61,255 nt of DNA, from positions 1-61,255 of IMG/VR virus record IMGVR_UViG_3300045988_081680; one strand, written 5' to 3'. The notes under the pieces were generated by a model. The model saw nothing but the letters and a program-made list of their open reading frames with translations, did not search any database and was not told where the DNA came from. Positions within the stretch are counted from its first letter, which is position 1, and each line of letters begins with the position of its first letter. The position numbers and the translations under genes were made by a program. Below are positions 1 to 7,999 of the stretch, piece after piece. Source of the stretch: a virus.

Positions 1-55
1 TTTTAAAAGACGGTTCTGAAAGCCCGCCATTGTTTACGGACATTTGCATTGATTT
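1..55. repeat. 55-bp terminal overlap identical to 61201..61255 (circular or circularly permuted genome, probably an assembly overlap)
   Basis: First 55 nt (TTTTAAAAGACGGTTCTGAAAGCC...GCATTGATTT) equal the last 55 nt. The helicase ORF stays in frame across the junction. Confidence 0.9.
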
Positions 56-1232
56 AACCACAGTGGAATGTTTCAATCGCTTCATTGCAGAGGGTTATCT
101 TGCGCCGTTAATTCCTCGTTCCACTAATTACAAACTCGATATTGATGGTGTCCATATGCGTGGTGGAGAGTTTATCGAAAAAGAACTGCAATATGCAGTA
201 GATAAACATGAAATTACCGTCCAGGCGATTAAAGAGACACTCGAAGAGGGCGAGGACAGACGAAGCTGGCTTGTGTTTTGTGCGGGGATTGAACACGCTA
301 AAAACGCCGCTGACATTTTAAATGACATGGGCGTGCCTGCCGTTGCAGTGCATAGCAAAATGAGCAACAGCGAGCGCGACGAAGCTATCGCGGGTTTCAA
401 AAGCGGTAAATATCGAGCCATTACGAACAACGGCGTTTTAACCACAGGTTTTGACCATCCACCTATCGACTTAATCTTGTGTTTACGTCCAACGGCTTCT
501 CCTGTATTATGGGTGCAAATGTTAGGGCGAGGCACAAGGCCATATCCTGGAAAAGAAAACTGCTTAGTTTTGGACTTTGCAGATAATACCCGTCGCTTGG
601 GTGCAATTAACGACCCTGTCGTTCCTCGTAAAAAAGGTTCTAAATCTGGACCGCCACCTGTAAAAGAATGTCCTAAATGTAGAACATGGCAACACGCTTC
701 TGTTCGCTTTTGTACAGGTGTGGATAAGGACGGTATGCAATGCGACCATGAGTTTAAATTTGAGACTAAGCTGAAACAAGGTGCGTCCACCAAAGAGCTT
801 ATCAAAGGCGATATGCCTGTTGTGGAAGTGTTTAAAATAGACCATATTGCATACTCAACCCATCGTAAGGACGGACGACCGCCGATGATGAAAGTGTCTT
901 ATTATTGTGGTTATAAATGCTTCTCGGAATATGTGTGCATTGAGCATATCAACTATGCAGGCAAAAAAGCGCGCGATTGGTGGAGAGCAAGAACAGATAT
1001 TCCTGTTCCGGAGAAAACCGAACAGGCTTTGGAAATGACTAACCTTTTGAAAGTTCCGACTCATTTGCGAGTTTGGACTAACAAAAAGTATCCTGAGATT
1101 TTAGCAACCTGTTTTGATGGTACGGCTTTCGGTGTTGACGAAGATGATGGCTTCCGCCCAAACACTGAGAACTATGACGTTAAAACAACATCTCCTAACG
1201 AACCGTTAATTATTGATGATATTCCGTTTTAA
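1..1232 (+). CDS. SF2 DEAD/DEAH-type helicase, C-terminal part (continuation of the ORF starting at 60690)
   Basis: In frame with 60690..61200 after removing the 55-bp overlap (511+1232 nt = 581 codons). Helicase C-domain motifs HSKMSNSERDEAIAGFKSG, VLTTGFDHPPIDLI and QMLGRGTR. Confidence 0.85.
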   Translation, partial: LKDGSESPPLFTDICIDLTTVECFNRFIAEGYLAPLIPRSTNYKLDIDGVHMRGGEFIEKELQYAVDKHEITVQAIKETLEEGEDRRSWLVFCAGIEHAKNAADILNDMGVPAVAVHSKMSNSERDEAIAGFKSGKYRAITNNGVLTTGFDHPPIDLILCLRPTASPVLWVQMLGRGTRPYPGKENCLVLDFADNTRRLGAINDPVVPRKKGSKSGPPPVKECPKCRTWQHASVRFCTGVDKDGMQCDHEFKFETKLKQGASTKELIKGDMPVVEVFKIDHIAYSTHRKDGRPPMMKVSYYCGYKCFSEYVCIEHINYAGKKARDWWRARTDIPVPEKTEQALEMTNLLKVPTHLRVWTNKKYPEILATCFDGTAFGVDEDDGFRPNTENYDVKTTSPNEPLIIDDIPF

Positions 1233-1241
1233 GGAGTAGTT

Positions 1242-1916
1242 ATGTTTGTTTCTATTGATATGCAAAATTTGGAATTTTTGCATAAGCATTATAAAACATC
1301 TGTTTTATTTAACCTTGCCCATGTGGAAGTTCCAAAGTCCTTTGTTAAAATATTGGATACTGTTGCAGCGGTGCGAGGTTTAACGGAACTGGAAAAGAAA
1401 ATGATGGTTCGCAAATACGCACCGGACAGGTTACACGAAGACCATGAAGAAGTCCTTTGTGGTTATATTGATGCTATGCCTGTTGTTGATGTGGACGAAA
1501 GCGAACTTAAATTGCAGGCAAGTGTGATTCGTCCTACTGACAACCATGCTTACAAATACATTAAAGGCGCAATAACCAAGCGTAAACAGCCCACCGCGCC
1601 CCCGCCGTTAACGCCACAGGCGCAAAATACAACCGCCCCTACCGTTACCCTTGCCATGCAACAAACGCCCGCTATAACGCAAATAGAGCAAAGCGAGCAG
1701 TATCGCCAAATGACGCTAAAAACCAGAAGTTCTGGAGTGCGCGACGCAATTTGGGAAAAAGCAGACGAAATGTGGGAAGCCGCTGGTAAACCGACAGATT
1801 TAACCACAGTTCTCAAGTTACGCAAAGAGATTATGAACACGCTGGAAGAGGACGGGATTAAGCGTAACAGTGCTTCAAATGAGCTTGGCAAATGGCAGAA
1901 ACAACGTTTACAATAA
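1242..1916 (+). CDS. hypothetical protein; P/T/Q-rich linker plus a C-terminal ~58-aa domain shared with the 2013..2672 and 44987..45355 products
   Basis: ATG preceded by AAGGAG. C-terminus SGVRDAIWEKADEMWEAAGKPTDL...GIKRNSASNELGKWQKQ. Confidence 0.7.
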   Translation: MFVSIDMQNLEFLHKHYKTSVLFNLAHVEVPKSFVKILDTVAAVRGLTELEKKMMVRKYAPDRLHEDHEEVLCGYIDAMPVVDVDESELKLQASVIRPTDNHAYKYIKGAITKRKQPTAPPPLTPQAQNTTAPTVTLAMQQTPAITQIEQSEQYRQMTLKTRSSGVRDAIWEKADEMWEAAGKPTDLTTVLKLRKEIMNTLEEDGIKRNSASNELGKWQKQRLQ

Positions 1917-2012
1917 TTTACAAATAAAATCTGCACATCACTTGTGATTAGGGTTATACTTGCAACACCTAAACAAAACACCTGTTTCATTAACCAACAA
2001 AAAGGAAATATC

Positions 2013-2672
2013 ATGAGCGTTTCAAACGAAATGGAAAAAGCACTGCAAGACCAAGCAGAAGCCGCCAACAAAGAACAAGCCAAAGCAGAAGCTAAGGCTA
2101 AGAAAGAAGCCGAAAAAGCTGCTAAGGAAGCTGAAAAAGCTCAAAAAGCTGCAGAAAAAGCTGCTGCCAAAGAGCAAGCCAAAGCCGAACGCGAAGCCGC
2201 CAAAGCTGCTAAAGCAGAAGAAGCTGCTAAAGCTAAGGAAGCCGCCAAAGCTGCTAAAGAAGCGAACCGTATGCCGATGCAAAATGGTATTCGCCGTCCA
2301 AAACCTGAAACTTTGTGCGGCCAAGCGTGGGCTATCTTTGACGAAGTTTCCGCAGCTAAAGGTTCTCCTGCGGCTATTGGCGAATGCTTGCCGATTGCCA
2401 TTGAACGCGGTTTGAACCCGACTAACGTTCGTGTGGAATATGCCCGCTGGCGTAAATTCTACAACGTAACAGGTCGTATTGAAAACCCTGCCGCTGCCGA
2501 AAAGAAAGCTGCTGCTGAAGCTGCTAAAGCCGAAGCAAAAGCCAAAAAAGAAGCCGAGCGCAAAGCCGCCAAAGAAGCAAAAGAAGCTGAAAAGGCTGCT
2601 AAAAAGCAAGCTGAAGCAGAAGCAAAAGCTGCTGCCAAAGCTGAAGCTGAAAAAGAGCAACCGCAGCAATAA
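2013..2672 (+). CDS. Lys/Ala/Glu-rich (histone-H1-like tails) protein with a central putative DNA-binding domain
   Basis: ATG after AAAGGA. AKKEAEKAAK-type repeats flank NGIRRPKPETLCGQAWAIFDEVSAAKGSPAAIGECLPIAIERGLNPTNVRVEYARWRKF. Confidence 0.7.
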   Translation: MSVSNEMEKALQDQAEAANKEQAKAEAKAKKEAEKAAKEAEKAQKAAEKAAAKEQAKAEREAAKAAKAEEAAKAKEAAKAAKEANRMPMQNGIRRPKPETLCGQAWAIFDEVSAAKGSPAAIGECLPIAIERGLNPTNVRVEYARWRKFYNVTGRIENPAAAEKKAAAEAAKAEAKAKKEAERKAAKEAKEAEKAAKKQAEAEAKAAAKAEAEKEQPQQ

Positions 2673-2686
2673 TCCGGTAAATTAGT

Positions 2687-2725
2687 TTAAGGCGTGTGCA
2701 ACCCTATGAAACCCACGCGCCTTAA
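2687..2725 (+). other. 12-bp-stem hairpin downstream of the 2013..2672 gene (no U-tract)
   Basis: TTAAGGCGTGTG ... CACGCGCCTTAA, with one G-U pair. Confidence 0.3.
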
Positions 2726-2746
2726 TCGTGAATAAAGGTTATAGAA

Positions 2747-3502
2747 ATGATAAACATTCAACCTATTGAGAAGTTTTTCCAGCCACCTCATCGAGCTATT
2801 GCAGTTCATTCTATCTTCTACACAATACAAGGTGAAGGTCCGTTTACAGGTCGTCCTGCCGTATTTGTCCGTTTAGCAGGTTGTAACTTGCAATGTCCAG
2901 GTTGTGATACAGATTACACGTCCAAACGCCACTTTATGTCCGCACAGGAAATTGTTGCTAAGATTTTGGAACTAGCGAATAAGGAAACCCTTGTGGTTAT
3001 TACAGGCGGCGAACCTTTCCGACAATACAACATTCGTTATCTTTTGGAACTGCTTGTTAAAATGGCTATGAATGTTCAGATTGAAACAAACGGCACATTA
3101 TCACCTGTTCCATTTGACAATGGCGTTGAAGAAGATTACAACTATTGCGCGATGGTAACAAACATGAACGTTCCCGGCATTTGCGGCGTGTATATCGTTT
3201 GTTCGCCTAAATCAGGACGTATTAATCCGTTGATTCGCAAATACGCCTGCGCCCTTAAATATGTGATTAAGCACAATGATGTGGATCCAATGGACTACTT
3301 ACCTATCCACAGCTTAGACCATCCTGTTGGCGTAAAAGTCGCACGTCCGTCCCCTGAATTTGAACGAACCATTTACGTTCAACCAATGGACGAACAGGAC
3401 GAAGCTAAGAACAAATTGAATTTACAGGAAGCTATCAATAGCTGTTTAAAAGGCGGTTATACGCTTCAAATCCAAACCCACAAGATTATTAACATGGAGT
3501 AA
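2747..3502 (+). CDS. queE: 7-carboxy-7-deazaguanine synthase (radical SAM)
   Basis: FYTIQGEGPFTGRPAVFVRLAGCNLQCPGCDTDY (CX3CX2C cluster motif); located in the que/dpdA cluster. Confidence 0.9.
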   Translation: MINIQPIEKFFQPPHRAIAVHSIFYTIQGEGPFTGRPAVFVRLAGCNLQCPGCDTDYTSKRHFMSAQEIVAKILELANKETLVVITGGEPFRQYNIRYLLELLVKMAMNVQIETNGTLSPVPFDNGVEEDYNYCAMVTNMNVPGICGVYIVCSPKSGRINPLIRKYACALKYVIKHNDVDPMDYLPIHSLDHPVGVKVARPSPEFERTIYVQPMDEQDEAKNKLNLQEAINSCLKGGYTLQIQTHKIINME

Positions 3503-3507
3503 CCACA

Positions 3508-4278
3508 ATGAGTAAAGCATTAGTGATTCTGTCCGGTGGACAAGATTCCACCACTTGTCTGTTCTGGGCGAAAAAGCACTTTGACGAAGTACACGCCGTA
3601 ACTTTTGATTACGGGCAACGCCATGCTATCGAGCTTGAAGCAGCTAAAAAAGTCTCCGAGATTGCAGATGTTGCATCTCACGAATTTATTAAAATTCCGG
3701 ACTGCCTGAAATCCACAAGCCCGTTGACTTCCGATACAAAATTGGAAAAATACGAATCGTTTGAACAAATGGAAAAAACTGTTGGTACAAAAGTTGAAAC
3801 CACTTTCGTTCCGATGCGTAATATGTTGTTCTTCACAATCGCAATGAACCGCGCAATCTATCTCGCCTGCGATACACTGGTTACAGGCATTTGTGCAACG
3901 GACAATGCAAACTATCCTGATTGTACAGCGCAGTTTTTGGAAGCCTTTAACCATGCCGCCAGCACATCTTTGGGTGTGAATAATTTCCAAGTCGTTGCGC
4001 CGTTATTGTTTAACACTAAATGCGAAACTGTCGAAATGGCGTATGAGATGCCGGATTGCTGGAAAGCGTTGGCATATTCTCACACGTCTTACGATGGCAA
4101 ATATCCGCCGACTGATAATAACCACAGTAATATCCTGCGGGCGCAAGGCTTTTTAGAAGCAGGATTACCTGACCCGTTGGTTGTTCGCGCTGTTATCGAG
4201 GGTTTAATGCCGATGCCGACAACACGAAATTACCGCGAAGAACTGTTTGACGAAACTCAAGCGATTATCGGTATTTAA
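3508..4278 (+). CDS. queC: QueC-like 7-cyano-7-deazaguanine synthase homologue lacking the canonical C-terminal 4-Cys zinc motif
   Basis: N-terminus ALVILSGGQDSTTCLFWA..VHAVTFDYGQRH and GICATDNANYPDCTAQFLEAFNHA. The C-terminus reads AYSHTSYDGKYPPTDNNHSNILRAQGF where QueC normally has CY..C..C..C. Confidence 0.85.
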   Translation: MSKALVILSGGQDSTTCLFWAKKHFDEVHAVTFDYGQRHAIELEAAKKVSEIADVASHEFIKIPDCLKSTSPLTSDTKLEKYESFEQMEKTVGTKVETTFVPMRNMLFFTIAMNRAIYLACDTLVTGICATDNANYPDCTAQFLEAFNHAASTSLGVNNFQVVAPLLFNTKCETVEMAYEMPDCWKALAYSHTSYDGKYPPTDNNHSNILRAQGFLEAGLPDPLVVRAVIEGLMPMPTTRNYREELFDETQAIIGI

Positions 4279-4686
4279 ATGGATATCATTACTCATGCCG
4301 TTGTAGGTGCATATACAGGAAGCTTTTTTGGACACCCTATTGCTGGCGCAATAGCGGGTATAGCCGCCGATTTGCCCATTATGAGGGTAAAGCGTTACCA
4401 AAGCCCACCGCCTGCCTACAACGCAACACACAGCCTAGCGGCGGCTGTTATTGTGGGTATAGTAGGCTATGCCCTTTACGGCAACGCCGCTTTATTTTTA
4501 GCGTATTTGAGCCATCTTTACTTGGATTTATTTACGCATGGCAAAGAGTGGGGAAGTATGCTACTATACCCACACCCTAAAAGGTTTAGTTTTATGCCTG
4601 AATGGGAATTCTTCAACTCATCTTTTTATCTTGGCTTATTTTTAGCCGTTTTATGGAGCGTATTATTATGTCTAATCCTAAAATGA
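4279..4686 (+). CDS. small polytopic membrane protein, YdjM/DUF457-like (putative membrane-bound metal-dependent hydrolase fold)
   Basis: MDIITHAVVGA..., ...NATHSL..., ...LSHLYLDLFTHG motifs and several hydrophobic helices. ATG abuts the queC stop. Confidence 0.6.
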   Translation: MDIITHAVVGAYTGSFFGHPIAGAIAGIAADLPIMRVKRYQSPPPAYNATHSLAAAVIVGIVGYALYGNAALFLAYLSHLYLDLFTHGKEWGSMLLYPHPKRFSFMPEWEFFNSSFYLGLFLAVLWSVLLCLILK

Positions 4687-4949
4687 CAACTCGCGTGTCT
4701 ACATGGTTGCCGATTATCACTCGTTGTCCTTTGGCGGTTTTGCCGGACGTTATTTACATTTATGTAACTTTTGACGGCTTTGAAGAACTGTTCAAAGTGC
4801 GTAAAGAGTTACGCAAGAAGTATTCCATGAAGCGTATGTTTATGGAAGACATTGCTAAGGACGTATTAGACACATATCCTAACGCCATCAAATGTGAAGT
4901 TAAACTTTTAACAGGTCGCCACGTTGCAACGGCAGAAAGAAGCGAATAA
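4668..4949 (+). CDS. mini QueF-like T-fold protein (93 aa)
   Basis: By eye it aligns with B. subtilis QueF: ITRCPLAVLPDVIYIYVTF vs SLCPKTGQPDFATIYISY. This is followed by EELFKVRKEL.. and MFMEDIAKDVL vs DFHEDCMNII. It lacks the N-terminal part and has a degenerate QueF motif. Confidence 0.55.
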   Translation: MSNPKMTTRVSTWLPIITRCPLAVLPDVIYIYVTFDGFEELFKVRKELRKKYSMKRMFMEDIAKDVLDTYPNAIKCEVKLLTGRHVATAERSE

Positions 4950-5458
4950 TGACTAAAACGTCCATCACTCGTTACCACGATATTTGTGCAGGGCATCGTG
5001 TCGTAGGACATGAGGGTAAATGTCGCCATTTGCACGGTCATAACTATCGTATCCATTTCACTTGCGAAGCAGACAAGTTGGACGATTTGGGTCGGGTTAT
5101 TGATTTCTCCGTTGTAAAAGACCGCCTTTGTATGTGGTTAGAAAAGAACTGGGATCACAAGTTCCTCGTGTGGGAAAAAGACCCTTTGGTCTCTACCATG
5201 CACGGTCTTATTAACAACGGGGATTACTCGTTGAAACAAGAACGTGAACAGTTTAACGAATCCCTTGTATGGTTGGATTTCAACCCTACCGCTGAAAACC
5301 TTGCAGAATATCTGTTAAAAGTTGTAGCACCTGCCCAATTAAAAGGGACAGGCGTGACGGTAACTCAAGTTACTATTGAAGAGACACGCAAATGCGCGGC
5401 AACAGTAACCACAGATAAATCTCAGCAATCTCGCGGCTTAATGCCGTTTATGGATTAA
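4949..5458 (+). CDS. queD: 6-carboxy-5,6,7,8-tetrahydropterin synthase
   Basis: CAGHRVVGHEGKCRHLHGHNYRI (PTPS/QueD signature). TAATG overlap with the upstream gene. Confidence 0.9.
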   Translation: MTKTSITRYHDICAGHRVVGHEGKCRHLHGHNYRIHFTCEADKLDDLGRVIDFSVVKDRLCMWLEKNWDHKFLVWEKDPLVSTMHGLINNGDYSLKQEREQFNESLVWLDFNPTAENLAEYLLKVVAPAQLKGTGVTVTQVTIEETRKCAATVTTDKSQQSRGLMPFMD

Positions 5459-5467
5459 GGAACAACT

Positions 5468-6043
5468 ATGTGTGAAAAATGCAAGACAACCCATCGTAAA
5501 GAGGAACAAGTTTTCCGCGAGCTTTTGAAAGTTCTCGGGGAGAACCCTGAACGTGGCGGTCTGATTGAAACGCCTGCCCGCGCCTTAAAAGCATGGGAAT
5601 TTTGGACGCAAGGTTATGAACAAAACCCTGCGGACGTTCTTAAGGTTTTTGAGGACGGGGCGGAAAAATACGACCAAATGGTTATCGTTAAGGATATGCC
5701 GATTTACAGCCATTGTGAACATCACCTTGCGCCGTTCTTCGGCACGGCAACCATTGCTTATATCCCAAACGGTAAAGTTGTCGGTTTATCGAAGCTCAAA
5801 CGTGTGGCTAATATCTTCGCCCGCCGTTTGCAGGTGCAAGAGCGTTTGACACAGCAAATCGCTGACGCTATTGAGGAGCATTTGCAGCCTTTGGGCGTGG
5901 GTGTGCTTATCAAATGCCGTCATATGTGCATGGAAAGTCGCGGTATTGAGACACAAGGTGCTGAAACAATTACTTCCGCTTTGCGTGGTGCAATTCGCGA
6001 CGAACCACAAACACGCGCCGAGTTTTTAAACTTGGCAAACTGA
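5468..6043 (+). CDS. folE: GTP cyclohydrolase I
   Basis: ETPARALKAW..., IYSHCEHHLAPFFGTATIAYIPNGKVVGLSKLKRVANIFARRLQVQERLT. Confidence 0.92.
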   Translation: MCEKCKTTHRKEEQVFRELLKVLGENPERGGLIETPARALKAWEFWTQGYEQNPADVLKVFEDGAEKYDQMVIVKDMPIYSHCEHHLAPFFGTATIAYIPNGKVVGLSKLKRVANIFARRLQVQERLTQQIADAIEEHLQPLGVGVLIKCRHMCMESRGIETQGAETITSALRGAIRDEPQTRAEFLNLAN

Positions 6044-6063
6044 TACTTGCAGATTAAACGGAT

Positions 6064-6090
6064 AAACGGCATAATACATTTATGCCGTTT
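6064..6090 (+). terminator. rho-independent terminator between folE and dpdA
   Basis: AAACGGCATAA-TACAT-TTATGCCGTTT followed by T. Confidence 0.6.
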
Positions 6091-6110
6091 TACAAATTAG
6101 AGGTTTTAGA

Positions 6111-7043
6111 ATGAAATTATACACGGCTGCCGTATATACGAACGAATATGTTCCAGGTATGCACAGCCCTATTCGTTGGGACGTGCTAAACGAACACGAA
6201 CGTAATATCGTATCCAATTTACCGAATATTCTTGAGTCTTACCACTACGTTTGGAAAGACAAATATGTAAAAGGTATGCGCGAGGACGGCGCAAAGATAT
6301 TTCTTGACAGTGGCGCATTCTCGGCGTACACACTAGGGGCAAAAATCCATCTACCAACGTATGTGGATTACATTAAACGCAATATCGACATTCTTCGCGT
6401 TGAGGACGGCGTTTTAATGGCTGCCGTATTGGACGGCATTGGCGACCCTCTCGAAACGTATCGTAACCAATTGTCTATGGAAGCGTTAGGCGTGAAGCCT
6501 ATGCCGTGTTTCCACGCGGGCGAAGACGAACGTTATCTGGAATGGTACATTCAAAACTACGACTACATCAGTTTGGGTGGCATGGTAGGAAGTTCTACTA
6601 AACAGCTTATGTTGTGGTTAGACAGGGTTTGGGATAAATACCTTGTTGATGGTTCAGGACGACCTCGCTTAAAAGTGCATGGCTTCGGTATTACTTCGAT
6701 TCCAATTATGGAACGTTATCCGTGGTGGAGTTGTGACTCGTCCTCTTGGATTCAAGCAGGTTCTTTCGGTTCCATTGTAACGCCAGAATTCGGGCCAATC
6801 GCTATATCAGATAAGTCTCCTCAACGCCACGATGCGGGTATGCACTTGTCCACATTAACGCCTGCTGAACAAGATAAAGTTTTAGAGGCTTTGGAACGTG
6901 CGGGCTTCACTTACGAAAGACTGTCGACAGTTTATCAAAGTCGCATGGCGTACAATCTTTGGGCTTATGGTGTAATTAACGCGATGATGAACGCGGCTAA
7001 CGATTACAACCATTTCAAAGCTCACAATCAGGAGTTATTCTGA
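6111..7043 (+). CDS. dpdA: DpdA-type DNA 7-deazaguanine transglycosylase (TGT paralogue)
   Basis: IFLDSGAFSAY..., ISLGGMVG..., KVHGFGITS..., WWSCDSSSWIQAGSFG; adjacent to folE/queDCE. Confidence 0.85.
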   Translation: MKLYTAAVYTNEYVPGMHSPIRWDVLNEHERNIVSNLPNILESYHYVWKDKYVKGMREDGAKIFLDSGAFSAYTLGAKIHLPTYVDYIKRNIDILRVEDGVLMAAVLDGIGDPLETYRNQLSMEALGVKPMPCFHAGEDERYLEWYIQNYDYISLGGMVGSSTKQLMLWLDRVWDKYLVDGSGRPRLKVHGFGITSIPIMERYPWWSCDSSSWIQAGSFGSIVTPEFGPIAISDKSPQRHDAGMHLSTLTPAEQDKVLEALERAGFTYERLSTVYQSRMAYNLWAYGVINAMMNAANDYNHFKAHNQELF

Positions 7044-7999
7044 TGTTAGATTCATTAAAATTTGTTCAAGGTGCTGTCGCTAAAAAGGACTTTGTTCCTG
7101 AAATGACACACTTTGAAATCAAAAACGGGCGCATTACCGCTTTTAACGGACAACTCGCTTTATCCTGTCCAATACCTCTCGATATCGACTGTAAGCCAAA
7201 AGCAGAAGATATGGTAAAAGCTATCTCAAAATGTCAAGAGACCGTTAGTATCACAATGACGGAAACTAACCGCCTGAGAATCCAGTCCGGCAAGTTTAAA
7301 GCATTTGTCAACTGCTTGGACGGCACATGGTTGGATATTCATCCAGAGGGTGTGGAAGTTCCTATTAACGGCGAGGACGTTGTAAAGGCATTCCACGTCC
7401 TTTTACCTTTTATCGGTAATGATGCTTCTCGTGCGTGGGGCATGGGCGTATTGCTGGACAGTTCTTCCGCTTTTGCCACAAATAACGTTTGCCTTGTCCA
7501 ATACTGGCTCGGTACGCCGTTTCCAAAACGTGTGAATATTCCAAGTGCTGCTGTAAAAGAAATGTTACGCATTAAAGAAGCACCGATGGGAATGATGCTT
7601 CACGACAATAGCATTACTTTTGTTTACAGTGGCGACAGATGGTTAAGAACTCAATTACTTGAGGATAACTGCCCAGATTACGTTGCCTTACTGGATGGAC
7701 AGAAAAGCAATCCTCACTCTTTAAACGAAGATGTATTTGAGGGCTTGGAAACAATCAAACCTTTTGTCGGTAAGTTTGGTAAAATCCATTTTGCAAACGG
7801 CATTATGTCCACTGAATCCGATTTAACCACAGGTGCAACATACGCCATAAGCGACCAAACCTTAAAAGGTATTTACCGCCATGAAATGTTCGCTTTGTTA
7901 AAAGGCGTTGCAAAGCAGATAGACCTTACAACATATCCTAAACCTTGCGCGTTCTTTGGGGACAATTTGCGCGGTTTGATTATTGGAATGAAAGAATGA
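7043..7999 (+). CDS. DnaN-like sliding clamp candidate
   Basis: 318 aa. LKFVQGAVAKKDFVPEMTHFEIKNGRITAFNGQLAL, AFATNNVCLV (cf. ATDGHRLA) and CPDYVALLDG (cf. FPDY). It lies immediately upstream of the polymerase with an ATGA overlap. Confidence 0.6.
   Translation: MLDSLKFVQGAVAKKDFVPEMTHFEIKNGRITAFNGQLALSCPIPLDIDCKPKAEDMVKAISKCQETVSITMTETNRLRIQSGKFKAFVNCLDGTWLDIHPEGVEVPINGEDVVKAFHVLLPFIGNDASRAWGMGVLLDSSSAFATNNVCLVQYWLGTPFPKRVNIPSAAVKEMLRIKEAPMGMMLHDNSITFVYSGDRWLRTQLLEDNCPDYVALLDGQKSNPHSLNEDVFEGLETIKPFVGKFGKIHFANGIMSTESDLTTGATYAISDQTLKGIYRHEMFALLKGVAKQIDLTTYPKPCAFFGDNLRGLIIGMKE

Noticed and set aside
1-55. The 55-bp end duplication read as a genuine direct terminal repeat.
   Set aside because: It cuts through the middle of an intact helicase ORF and has the exact length of a common assembler k-mer. 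It is more likely a circular-contig overlap, though this cannot be excluded without read data.
2022-2685. ORFs 2022..2669 (-), 2141..2401 (-) and 2479..2685 (+) overlapping the Lys/Ala/Glu-rich gene.
   Set aside because: These are frame and strand shadows of GCT/GAA/AAA repeat DNA. Only the + frame starting at 2013 contains a non-repetitive conserved domain and an RBS.
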